Source: a virus (taxonomy: Duplodnaviria > Caudoviricetes). Taken from it: a stretch of 64,000 nt of DNA. The stretch's first letter is position 1. Every line of letters begins with the position of its first letter. The position numbers were made by a program, and so were the translations under genes. A model generated the notes under the pieces. The model was not told the origin of the DNA and ran no database searches. It worked only from the letters and a program-made list of their open reading frames with translations. The stretch covers positions 11,425-75,424 of the IMG/VR virus record IMGVR_UViG_3300049458_000012; one strand, written 5' to 3'. Shown here in pieces: positions 48,786 through 57,021 of the stretch.

Positions 48786-49295
48786 TTAGAGCGTTTTCCA
48801 ACACTCGATTAGCCTCCGCACGTCATCCAACGCCCTGTGCGTTTGTGCCACGAAGGCGTCCGCCTTGATCACCTCCCGGCTCCAGTTCTCCAACTTCTTC
48901 CCGCCGCTGAGTGGCACCGTGTCGATCTGTTTCGAGGCGTAAGGGAAGCGGTGCTCCCAACCGCATCGACGCAGCTCGAACACGAGGCACCCTGCATCGA
49001 AGGGGTGATTGTGTGCCACGGAGGAGTTGTCCGGATCGGAGCGCCAGAAGTCGATAATCTCGGGCAACTTGGTGACGAACTTCGGCGCCCCCACTAAGTC
49101 CCCGTCCGTCAGTCCGGTGATCTTCGTGATGATGGCCGGGAGGGCCATGCCGGGGGAGAAGAGAGAAGTGAACGTGGCGCGTTCTTCACCATTCACCAGC
49201 AACACGGCAGCTAACTCAATGATGCGCGGCTGTTGTTTCGGATCTTCGATCCCGGGCAGCAGCAGGCCCGTTGTTTCTGTGTCCCAAAAAATCAT
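48786..49295 (-). CDS. DEDDh 3'-5' exonuclease (DnaQ/epsilon-like)
   Basis: FWDTETTG, VAHNHPFD, IDT, HRALDD. Confidence 0.93.
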   Translation of the reverse strand: MIFWDTETTGLLLPGIEDPKQQPRIIELAAVLLVNGEERATFTSLFSPGMALPAIITKITGLTDGDLVGAPKFVTKLPEIIDFWRSDPDNSSVAHNHPFDAGCLVFELRRCGWEHRFPYASKQIDTVPLSGGKKLENWSREVIKADAFVAQTHRALDDVRRLIECWKTL

Positions 49296-49552
49296 GGCAT
49301 CGTCTCCGGTAATTTAGCGAAATACATAACTCCATGCCATTCGGCATCCTCAGCATCCAATCCAAACTCCCCGTATTCGTGTAACCGCCAATGTTCTCCA
49401 TTTGCATCGGTTTTCCACCGCACGCACACCATGGGGACGTTCTTGTCGTCCAGCGTCAGCACCGCCTCATCATAATCGGGCAACGGCTCCGGACCGCCCA
49501 CGGGGTGAAAGGTCAAGGTGAGTGCGTTCATCCCTCGAACACCTCTCTCCAC
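49292..49552 (-). CDS. Hypothetical protein
   Basis: LPDYDEAVL...W pattern. Confidence 0.45.
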   Translation of the reverse strand: MERGVRGMNALTLTFHPVGGPEPLPDYDEAVLTLDDKNVPMVCVRWKTDANGEHWRLHEYGEFGLDAEDAEWHGVMYFAKLPETMP

Positions 49553-50037
49553 CGCAGCCCCTCTTCGAGCGTGAGCCGCTGAATCAACTTCAGCTCCGCT
49601 CCAATCATTGCCCGGGTGTTCAGGATGATGTACCGGTAGCGCCGGTCTGCGCAGCGTGCGTTGGTATGTTCGATCGTCACGACCTCCTGCAACGTTTTGT
49701 AATTACGCTTCCACTCCTCGATGGCCCCGGAGTCTTGCAGGTGCATGCCGAAGTGAGAGGTGTGCACGCAGTCGCATTGTAGCCAATCCAACCGGTGCCA
49801 GTTCCACCCATCGATGTACGTGAGTACCTCGTGCTCCAGGCGATTGGGCCAAACGTTATAAGTGAAGGACAGTTCCGCTTTGTTGCGGATGCGCTTGCCT
49901 TCATCATCGAACCCAACCGCGGTCACCGTGTCCATGGCATCGAAGCTAGCGCCACCCATCTGGAAGAAGTGGCGAGCTTTCGTGTGCGTGGCCATGTCAG
50001 GGGTGACGATGGCGATTTGATCTAGTTGTATTTTCAC
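49528..50037 (-). CDS. VOC/glyoxalase-like fold protein
   Basis: LDQIAIV, SHFGMH, EVVT..H.N, R.Y.Y..T...IG..LKLIQR; GTG start. Confidence 0.55.
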   Translation of the reverse strand: MKIQLDQIAIVTPDMATHTKARHFFQMGGASFDAMDTVTAVGFDDEGKRIRNKAELSFTYNVWPNRLEHEVLTYIDGWNWHRLDWLQCDCVHTSHFGMHLQDSGAIEEWKRNYKTLQEVVTIEHTNARCADRRYRYIILNTRAMIGAELKLIQRLTLEEGLRWREVFEG

Positions 50038-50576
50038 GAGTTGACTCCATCGGTGCGGGAATGAATCTGCACGGCCATGATGCAGTAGTTGGCCATGTCT
50101 CGGTAGGATTCCAGCAGCCCTGCATCATCCTTCCGGAGGAGTTGCTGCCGCAGCCGGATGTATTTCCGATGCACATCGGAGAACAGCATCCAGCGGTTGA
50201 ATTCAGCATCCGTCTCCTCGTAGCGGGACTCCCCATACTCGATGCACTTTTCGAGCCGGATGTAAGCGAGTGAGGAAAGCGTTATTTCGAACTCGACGTG
50301 ATACTTGAGCCCCTTCAGCTCCGCACTCACGAGGCGATCTGCGAGTGCCTTTTGCACAGAATATTTGAAGGGAGCGCCAGGCGGCTCACGGATAAGGGGC
50401 AGCTGAGCCTTCGCATCCAGCAGCGTAACGCCAACCAGTTGCCGAGCCAAGTTGAAAACTAACTCGGTTCCGCCATTATGAATAGAAGCCACCCGGTGCG
50501 TTGTTCCGCCGTCCCCCACATCATCCGCGATCTGAATAAACGCGGTGTTGTGCTCTTTGTCGTGAGTAACTTTCAT
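50034..50576 (-). CDS. DUF2283-like domain fused to Nmad1/DUF1599-like nucleotide-modification-associated domain
   Basis: N-terminal MKVTHDKEHNTAFIQI...LVGVTLLDA; C-terminal EYG...K..RL..LESYRDMANYCIMAV. Confidence 0.6.
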   Translation of the reverse strand: MKVTHDKEHNTAFIQIADDVGDGGTTHRVASIHNGGTELVFNLARQLVGVTLLDAKAQLPLIREPPGAPFKYSVQKALADRLVSAELKGLKYHVEFEITLSSLAYIRLEKCIEYGESRYEETDAEFNRWMLFSDVHRKYIRLRQQLLRKDDAGLLESYRDMANYCIMAVQIHSRTDGVNS

Positions 50577-51301
50577 CCCTGCGGCCCTCCATACGGGAAG
50601 ACGCACCCCGTAATGAAGGGGTGGTGCACCGGGCGCATCAGCTCCGCGATGAAAGCGGCCAGGGCCTGTGGTGGGGTCTCGACGCCCGCGGGCAGTGCTG
50701 CGAGTTGATAGCGCTTCGCCTCCTCGGGCGTCCAGCCTCGCATGTCGCACACTGCGGCTTCAATTTCGCGGCTCATTGGCGTGCCCGCGAGCTTGTTGGG
50801 GTTGACGGCGAATATGCAGTAGTCCTTCAACTCCCGGGCCATCTGCCGCGTGATCATCTCGGCGGCTGCCTTGGAAGCGTTGTACGCGAGTGAGTGTGTC
50901 ATCGGGATGTGCGCCGCGTTGCTCACCACGTTGCAGATGGCGGCCCCCTTCGCCAACAGCCCTTGGGATCGTAGCTCCCGCACCACCCACACCAACGCGA
51001 ACGCATTGACCTGCATCAGCTCTTCGAGCGCGTCCAAATGCAATCCGCTGAATGGCAGCAACAAATTTGCCCCTGCGCAATTGATCAGCCGAGTGACCGC
51101 CATCGGCAACTGCCCAGCGGCGCTATCGATAGATGGGAAATCGATGAGATTCACCCCGGTCTCATTCGACCAATTGACGGCCCCTGGGAAATGCGCCATC
51201 ACCACCCTCCCGAGCCCTCCCGAACCGCCAAGGATGAGCGTATCACGGCATTGCCGCGGTTGCTCTTCCGAGGCGCAATCTTGCATATAGTCACGAGTCA
51301 T
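50573..51301 (-). CDS. Short-chain dehydrogenase/reductase (SDR)
   Basis: GGSGGLG, NCAG, VN, YNASK (YxxxK). Confidence 0.9.
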   Translation of the reverse strand: MTRDYMQDCASEEQPRQCRDTLILGGSGGLGRVVMAHFPGAVNWSNETGVNLIDFPSIDSAAGQLPMAVTRLINCAGANLLLPFSGLHLDALEELMQVNAFALVWVVRELRSQGLLAKGAAICNVVSNAAHIPMTHSLAYNASKAAAEMITRQMARELKDYCIFAVNPNKLAGTPMSREIEAAVCDMRGWTPEEAKRYQLAALPAGVETPPQALAAFIAELMRPVHHPFITGCVFPYGGPQG

Positions 51302-51339
51302 TTCATGTTCCTTAAAAGTTTGTTTATGGGGGCAGCGAA

Positions 51340-51783
51340 CTAAAAGTCACCCGGGGCGACCTGCGCACAAGTGATCCCACGACGGCGCCACATCGCGACA
51401 ACCTTGTCGCGATCGTCAAACACTATGTCGATTTTGCGACCGTTGGCGAGTGCTTCGTCCAACCACTTCATCTTCAACTCGTCATCCGGGGTGTAGTCCC
51501 CCGTCGCCCGCATGCGCAAAAGGATGCCATAGGAGTCGATGTAAGGGGCGTGCTTCAAAAACCAATGGCGAGTCTCTTTGCGCACGGACTCTTCCCGCCC
51601 GCTCCAGATCTGCACCTCGTGGTTGGTGCGCACCATGGAATAAAGGACCTTGAGCACCGCGGGCTTCGGCGTGTCTTGCACGCAGGCCTTATAGAAGGCG
51701 GTCCAATCGGAACGTGGTGCTGTCACCAAGTGCCTGCGATGTTCAATATCGCACAGCGTGCCGTCGAGATCGAAAATGATCAT
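51340..51783 (-). CDS. HAD-family phosphatase (PNKP C-terminal-like)
   Basis: IFDLDGTL, SGR, MR..D..PDD.LK, FDDR..VV.MWR. Confidence 0.9.
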   Translation of the reverse strand: MIIFDLDGTLCDIEHRRHLVTAPRSDWTAFYKACVQDTPKPAVLKVLYSMVRTNHEVQIWSGREESVRKETRHWFLKHAPYIDSYGILLRMRATGDYTPDDELKMKWLDEALANGRKIDIVFDDRDKVVAMWRRRGITCAQVAPGDF

Positions 51784-51799
51784 TGTGCTTTACCCTTTT

Positions 51800-52654
51800 T
51801 TAAAATGGAAGGTCATCGAAATGGCTGCAGTCTTCCCCGTGCTCTCCGTCTTGGCCGCCACACTCGTCACAGGCCACCTCCACCGGAACAACCACCTCCA
51901 CCGCCATGCCGTCCTTCGCAACCGGCGCCGCATAATGGCGACGGGTCCAAAAGAGCATCTTTGCCTGCTCACGGACGTATGAATTTTCCATCGCGGGCAG
52001 ATAGACAGGACACTCCGCTTTCCCGTACCGCGGGAACGCACAGGTGCCTTCCGAGACGCAGTGCACCTGGATGAAGTCTTCGGCCCACGGGTGCACCTCG
52101 ATCACCGCAGCTCGCATCGCGCGCATGACGTCCTGATACTCGCCCGTCACCCGGGTGCAAAGGCGCACCTTCGCCGTGTCGTGGAGCGTGCGAAGGTTCC
52201 ACTTCGCCATGATGTTCGTGAGGACGTTGGTCGGCAGTAATCCACGGGCATCTTGCACCGGCACACCGTCATCAACCAACGCGCCATAAGCGGATTTCAC
52301 CCCATCCACTTTTTCATTCCAAACTTCCATACGCACATCGTGATCCCTCACACTCTCCGGCATCAACACTTCCGCATGCCGCGCATCAATCACGCGCATG
52401 GACTGCTGAGCGTAAGACCCTATGCGTGTGCGTACGAACTCGTGGGTGAAGGCGCGCGTCACACCCTCGATCTGGAACACGTAATCGATGAACTCCCAGG
52501 AGGACTTGATGCTTTGCAGCATGTAGTTCAAGTGCTCGCGCTTCTTCTCCTCCGTCCACCCCACGGGGTCTTCCTCATAAGAGAGGCGCGTATTCTTCGT
52601 CCGGAGCAGAAGGTTGAGCGCATCCGGAGTGTGGCTTATCAGTGTGACTTTCAT
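51800..52654 (-). CDS. thyX: Flavin-dependent thymidylate synthase-like (ThyX)
   Basis: EFIDYVF.I.GVTRAFTHEFVRTR..SYAQQSMR, DARGLLP, N.RTL; RHR motif is RTR here. Confidence 0.85.
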   Translation of the reverse strand: MKVTLISHTPDALNLLLRTKNTRLSYEEDPVGWTEEKKREHLNYMLQSIKSSWEFIDYVFQIEGVTRAFTHEFVRTRIGSYAQQSMRVIDARHAEVLMPESVRDHDVRMEVWNEKVDGVKSAYGALVDDGVPVQDARGLLPTNVLTNIMAKWNLRTLHDTAKVRLCTRVTGEYQDVMRAMRAAVIEVHPWAEDFIQVHCVSEGTCAFPRYGKAECPVYLPAMENSYVREQAKMLFWTRRHYAAPVAKDGMAVEVVVPVEVACDECGGQDGEHGEDCSHFDDLPF

Positions 52655-53016
52655 TGCATTTCTCCAACAGGGTAAATTATAGGGATATCATTTTTTTTGG
52701 CCTTCGTAACCATGTCCGTGGTGCCGCGGCCGCCTGGCAGGGCCACAACCAACTCGGGGTTTAGCAGCAGCATGGCGGAATTACGTTTTGGCCCAGCAGT
52801 ACGGTCAGTCACTCCACCAGGGAACCACAGTGCATCCACTTGCGCACAATGCACCAAATTAAGTCTACACCAACGTTTGGCCAATGCATCAGCCCCCTGG
52901 GCACCACCTTGGATAACGATGAGATTGTGTTTGTGCTGCTTTTTCAAATTGTCCAGTACAGGGAACAACCGTTCCCAATCATTGCATGCTCTTCCGCCGC
53001 AAACCAATACCCGCAT
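52651..53016 (-). CDS. YspA/DUF2493 SLOG-family protein
   Basis: RVLVCGGR, QGGAQGADALA, AGPKRN..ML, PGGRGT.DM. Confidence 0.85.
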   Translation of the reverse strand: MRVLVCGGRACNDWERLFPVLDNLKKQHKHNLIVIQGGAQGADALAKRWCRLNLVHCAQVDALWFPGGVTDRTAGPKRNSAMLLLNPELVVALPGGRGTTDMVTKAKKNDIPIIYPVGEMQ

Positions 53017-53028
53017 TTCATTTCTCCT

Positions 53029-53973
53029 TCAGGCATTAACTCGGAAAATGTCGTACGTCCCCATGTGCACCATGGCACGGATCTTGAAGAGGTCTTCCAT
53101 GACATCGTCTAGTAGTATGTTCCTCCAAGTGGCGAAGCGCCCGAGAGAAAACACACCGAACTTGAGGGTGAAATCAAGGAGCAGCTTTTTGCGCCGATCG
53201 TCCGGTAAAGGCATGATCTTCCCATAGCGCTGGGACACGGTTTCAATCTTCTCGATCCCGTAGTAATTCAACCCCAACGCATTCACCGCCTCATCCCGGT
53301 CCTTCGGCCCGATCGGCGTCATGCCCTCCAGCATCAACAACTCCCCCGAAAGCGTCGCCCGGTAAAGACCCAGGCCCTGGGCGGGGAAATAGGTTGTGGC
53401 GTACATATCCGAATCCGGTACCCGGTACCGTTCCACATGGATCGGCGCACTGGTGAATTGATCAACGACCTCGATGCTACAAATCTTGTGCAGGGCCTCC
53501 AGGGGGAGCGTGCTGACGATCGGCGCCCCTTCACGCACCACTCCTTTAACATTGCCGAAGGTATTGGCGGTGTACAGAATCTCACGAGTGATGCCGGTGA
53601 TGGTGGTGCCCCAATGGATTCGCCCCTCGCACCTTGCGGCCAGTAGCTCGTGCAAATTGTCCGGCGCAATGAACCGGTCTACTGGCGCCAAGTCCCCGAT
53701 CGATCGGGCCATGAGACGCCCAATCACCTTTTGGGAGTAAAGGTTCGCGGCCCGCGGCGAACACCAGTTGTAGCTGCGATCTTCGAGCCAGACGGCCTTG
53801 TTCACGCGCACGCGCTTGAAAGGGATGCCGAGTGCGCGGGACACTTTATCATCGCGGAATCGCAGCACCGCTTTGTGCTGTGCATGGGCGCCCGTTTGCA
53901 CCTCGTAGATTTCCGCATCCCGCTCCAAGGCCCCGGCCAAGCACCCCGCGAGTCCCGCGCCGAGAATGATCAT
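53029..53973 (-). CDS. FAD/NAD(P)-dependent oxidoreductase
   Basis: IILGAGLAG Rossmann motif; H.AVLRFR; SLGRFATWR. Confidence 0.85.
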   Translation of the reverse strand: MIILGAGLAGCLAGALERDAEIYEVQTGAHAQHKAVLRFRDDKVSRALGIPFKRVRVNKAVWLEDRSYNWCSPRAANLYSQKVIGRLMARSIGDLAPVDRFIAPDNLHELLAARCEGRIHWGTTITGITREILYTANTFGNVKGVVREGAPIVSTLPLEALHKICSIEVVDQFTSAPIHVERYRVPDSDMYATTYFPAQGLGLYRATLSGELLMLEGMTPIGPKDRDEAVNALGLNYYGIEKIETVSQRYGKIMPLPDDRRKKLLLDFTLKFGVFSLGRFATWRNILLDDVMEDLFKIRAMVHMGTYDIFRVNA

Positions 53974-54224
53974 AGCTTTGCCACCTGTTGATCCACTTTC
54001 CAGATCATCATCTGCGCGGCGCAAGCGAACGCCTCTTTGAGCTTTGCGCGCTGCCGCGTGTTCAGATCGCCTTGGTCTTTCATCTTGCGGTTTTTGTAGG
54101 CTTCCGCCCACGCCAGGACGGCCACGGGCGCCGCTTCGTCGTTCGCCCGCAGCACGAATAACGGCTCATCATCCCGGGCCATCGTCAGACAGCTCGGGCC
54201 TCTCAACTCGTCGATCTTTTTCAT
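53970..54224 (-). CDS. Hypothetical protein
   Basis: DEPLFVLRAND..AP..V..WA motif. Confidence 0.6.
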   Translation of the reverse strand: MKKIDELRGPSCLTMARDDEPLFVLRANDEAAPVAVLAWAEAYKNRKMKDQGDLNTRQRAKLKEAFACAAQMMIWKVDQQVAKL

Positions 54225-54517
54225 CGCTTCACTCCCGCTCGCCACAGCCTCAGCCGGGCGAGTAATTGGTTGTAGTCTTTGCGCAACCGACAAATTTCAA
54301 ACTTATCTATGTAGTGCGCACCCCAGAAGATCGGGCGCCAGGGGTCAAGCGCATCGGCCCGCTCCGCGGCGCTTACCGGGCCATCGCACCCGTATCCAAT
54401 CCCAACGCTTGTATTCTCGGTGCCGTCCAAAGCGAATCTCCTTCCAATGAAACAACTTGCCCCTGCCGAATCATCCACCCGCCCCAACGGACGCAGAAAT
54501 AAAAACGGGGCAGCCAC
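54221..54517 (-). CDS. Hypothetical protein (start uncertain)
   Basis: Stop overlaps the next ATG. Confidence 0.35.
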   Translation of the reverse strand: MAAPFLFLRPLGRVDDSAGASCFIGRRFALDGTENTSVGIGYGCDGPVSAAERADALDPWRPIFWGAHYIDKFEICRLRKDYNQLLARLRLWRAGVKR

Positions 54518-54545
54518 CCGTAGTTGGATGACTGCCCCGCGGACT

Positions 54546-55193
54546 TCACGATGCGACCACTTTCACGTATCCCTTCGCCTTCAGCTTCTGCACGCACCCG
54601 AGGACTTGCGCCCGGGTCATCTTCTCGAACTTCTTCTCCAGCGTATCGAGAAGGATGCCGTTGTCGCCCGCCTTCTTCACGGCGGCAAACACCTGCGATC
54701 GGGGCGACTCCGCGTTGAAGCGGATATCGTCCTTGCGCCCCGCAGCGGTCAATTCGACCTTCATCGCCTCTCCATTCACGCGAGGGGCACGAGCGGTCTT
54801 CGCTTTCGGGGGATTCTTGGCCTTGCGGCCTTTCTTCGTCTTCACGGGTTGCGTCTCCTGTTCAGGGGTTATGGTTGGTTTCAAAAAATCGCCCAGCACT
54901 TCCGCTGGGCTGGGTTCGAGTGCCGGGGGCGGCTGATTGTTGAGCACCTCCATCACTCGCTTATGGGCAGTGGATCGATCGGCAAAACGGGTGACCGGTT
55001 TCACGCCCGGGGTTGCGTTGAAGATGCGCACGAGGTCCGGCCCACTCAGCTGACTCAGATCTCCATCAACGATGGAGTAGGCCGGGGTGTTGGCTTCGTG
55101 GCACTCTTCCGCTGCGGCGCCATTGTCAATGAAGCGGCCCAGCACCGCGTATGTCTTCATGCTGATCACAATTATCGACGACATTGCATTCAT
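54546..55193 (-). CDS. Hypothetical DNA-binding protein (Lys-rich linker, C-terminal winged-helix-like)
   Basis: GAAGGAG SD; R.QV...V....G......E......QKL..KGYV. Confidence 0.65.
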   Translation of the reverse strand: MNAMSSIIVISMKTYAVLGRFIDNGAAAEECHEANTPAYSIVDGDLSQLSGPDLVRIFNATPGVKPVTRFADRSTAHKRVMEVLNNQPPPALEPSPAEVLGDFLKPTITPEQETQPVKTKKGRKAKNPPKAKTARAPRVNGEAMKVELTAAGRKDDIRFNAESPRSQVFAAVKKAGDNGILLDTLEKKFEKMTRAQVLGCVQKLKAKGYVKVVAS

Positions 55194-55214
55194 CTCCTTC
55201 TTTCAGGGGTTCAG

Positions 55215-55469
55215 TTAAAAACTACTCGGCGGCATTACGTCGGCAGCATAGTTCGCGTAATAGCGTGCCGTGTTGGACTCTGCCGCGCTCACCCGAGCGC
55301 GTGCGCGAGCGGCAGCAATTTGCTGCTCTCCGATGCGGTGCGCGCAACAGGACGCGGACCCTGTGCCGCCGTACATCTGCTTGCCTGTAGCCACCTTCTT
55401 CGCGTAGCTGGAGGCGCCGTTGGCCTTCGAAAGGCGCCCAACTTTGACGGTTTCGCGATTGCGTTTCAT
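55215..55469 (-). CDS. Basic hypothetical protein immediately after hammerhead HH10
   Basis: ATG 9 nt after the ribozyme 3' strand. Confidence 0.55.
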   Translation of the reverse strand: MKRNRETVKVGRLSKANGASSYAKKVATGKQMYGGTGSASCCAHRIGEQQIAAARARARVSAAESNTARYYANYAADVMPPSSF

Positions 55470-55478
55470 GACATCATT

Positions 55479-55534
55479 GGTCTCATCAGTGTGCGCACAT
55501 TACGCACAGACGGGCCTCGCGGCCCGTTTCGACC
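55479..55534 (-). ncRNA. Type II hammerhead ribozyme HH10
   Basis: Minus strand reads GGUC GAAA CGGGCC GCGA GGCCCG UC^ UGUGCG UAAUGUG CGCACA CUGAUGA GACC; predicted cut 55509/55508. Confidence 0.95.
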
Positions 55535-55735
55535 TCATCGGGGGACCTCTCGTTGCCTACGGATGAAAATTTCTTCTCTGTCGATGATCACCTCTCGGGC
55601 AGCGATGAAGTGCAGTTTCACTTGCTGCCCCTGGATGCTGGCCACTTGAATTCGAATCACCTCCCCTTTGCAGGTTATGAAAATTGACTCTCCAACCCTC
55701 CGACCGAGGACCAGTCCTTCACTTTGCGTTGCCAT
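55535..55735 (-). CDS. csrA: CsrA/RsmA-family carbon storage regulator homologue
   Basis: LVLGRRVGESIFI...I.V.SI.G.QVKL...A..EV.IDREEIF. Confidence 0.85.
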   Translation of the reverse strand: MATQSEGLVLGRRVGESIFITCKGEVIRIQVASIQGQQVKLHFIAAREVIIDREEIFIRRQREVPR

Positions 55736-55752
55736 CGCCACTACTCCTTTTG

Positions 55753-56352
55753 TCACCAGTAAAGTTTGCCGGGATTCAAGTCCGTGAGCATCCCCACTAC
55801 GTCGATTGGCACCAGGGCCTTCAACCGATCGTGTTGCGCCATGGCGGTGATTATCGCCTTCGCGGGCCACCCCTCGATAGGTGCGTTGGCCAGTGCATGC
55901 CAGCACTCGAACGTCATACCGCGAGGCGGGGTGATGTGCGCGAGAAAATCACGAGCCTCCTTATTCATGCCCACGTCCAAACGGATCACTTCCGCATTTC
56001 TCGACATTGATCGCGCATGCAGGTTCAACGCCGTCAAGTCGATCTTCCCGGCTCCTTTCGGGAAGTAATCCTCCGCATTACCGTGCCGATACACGACCAA
56101 CGCGGGCGGCGCCCCTTCGTATGACCAAAGAGTTGGATCGAGGATCTTTGCAGAGCGAAGGTACGGATTACCGATCACCACCCAGGAGTGCTGGCCCATG
56201 ATGTGACGGTGAAACCCGCGAGCCACCCGCGCCTTGTTGCTCAATAACCCGGTACGTACGAGCGCGAGAGAAGCGGCATGGCATTGCCGGGCCCACATCT
56301 CCAGGCCCCCGATTGCCTCAACAAGCGCGTTTTTCGAAAGCCGTGGCTTCAT
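55753..56352 (-). CDS. Hypothetical protein
   Basis: C..ASL..V, HSWV, ILDPTLWSY motifs (papain/transglutaminase-like triad possible). Confidence 0.55.
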   Translation of the reverse strand: MKPRLSKNALVEAIGGLEMWARQCHAASLALVRTGLLSNKARVARGFHRHIMGQHSWVVIGNPYLRSAKILDPTLWSYEGAPPALVVYRHGNAEDYFPKGAGKIDLTALNLHARSMSRNAEVIRLDVGMNKEARDFLAHITPPRGMTFECWHALANAPIEGWPAKAIITAMAQHDRLKALVPIDVVGMLTDLNPGKLYW

Positions 56353-56573
56353 GGCGTCCCCTCCGCGTCCGTGCGTTTCAAAAAGTTCGTGCGCGGGTCC
56401 TTCGATGGCGGCCAAGCGTGATCGCGCCTCGAATCGCTCGCGACCTCTTCCAACGCGACAATGGCTTTTTGCACATTGAGTGCCTTTTCGCCTTCGAGAC
56501 AATCGTTGTAAGCCGCTACGAGCTTCGCCAGATCCTCTCGCATGTCGGCCAGTTTGCCTACGACCGTTTTCAC
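56349..56573 (-). CDS. Hypothetical protein
   Basis: GTGA overlap. Confidence 0.45.
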   Translation of the reverse strand: MKTVVGKLADMREDLAKLVAAYNDCLEGEKALNVQKAIVALEEVASDSRRDHAWPPSKDPRTNFLKRTDAEGTP

Positions 56574-56824
56574 AGTGCCTCCACCCGCTGCGTGATGAAC
56601 TGCAGCCCGTTGCGCCAATCCGGCTGTGCAGGCATCGGGGTTTTATCAACCCTGACAACCGCACAGACCGCGGGACCGCGCGGCGTATCCGCCACCAGCA
56701 GCGCCCCTGGGACCACTTTCACCCCACGGCGAATCCCGTAGGTGTACACCTTATACAGGTTGTGGCCTTCGCCCCCGAGGAATCGCACCCCGATTGTGTT
56801 GTGCTTGAATTGAGTTCGTTTCAT
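56570..56824 (-). CDS. Hypothetical protein
   Basis: GGAGGAG SD; K.YTY..GALLV..TP.G..V..V motif. Confidence 0.6.
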   Translation of the reverse strand: MKRTQFKHNTIGVRFLGGEGHNLYKVYTYGIRRGVKVVPGALLVADTPRGPAVCAVVRVDKTPMPAQPDWRNGLQFITQRVEAL

Positions 56825-56849
56825 TACATCTCCTCCATTTCATTTCATG

Positions 56850-56906
56850 CCCAGACGGCGCCTCCTTCGCGCCGTTTCGCCGGAATCTCACCGGCTCATC
56901 AGTGGG
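56850..56906 (-). ncRNA. Type I hammerhead ribozyme HH9
   Basis: CCCA CUGAUGA GCCGG UGAGAUU CCGGC GAAA CGGCGC GAAGGAG GCGCCG UC^ UGGG; stem I extends GUG/CAU past an AA bulge; cut 56854/56853. Confidence 0.9.
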
Positions 56907-56907
56907 T

Positions 56908-57021
56908 TCACTTCCCGTCACCCTCCTTCGCGGACAATTCGCTGCGGCTCGGGGTTCCAACCCAAATGCCCGCAGCGAATGCCAGCACTACAGCGGCCAG
57001 GACGATGCTCCAATGGATCAC
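56908..57021 (-). CDS. 37-aa membrane peptide (not in ORF track)
   Basis: MIHWSIVLAAVVLAFAAGIWVGTPSRSELSAKEGDGK; GTGA overlap; stop abuts HH9. Confidence 0.55.
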   Translation of the reverse strand: MIHWSIVLAAVVLAFAAGIWVGTPSRSELSAKEGDGK

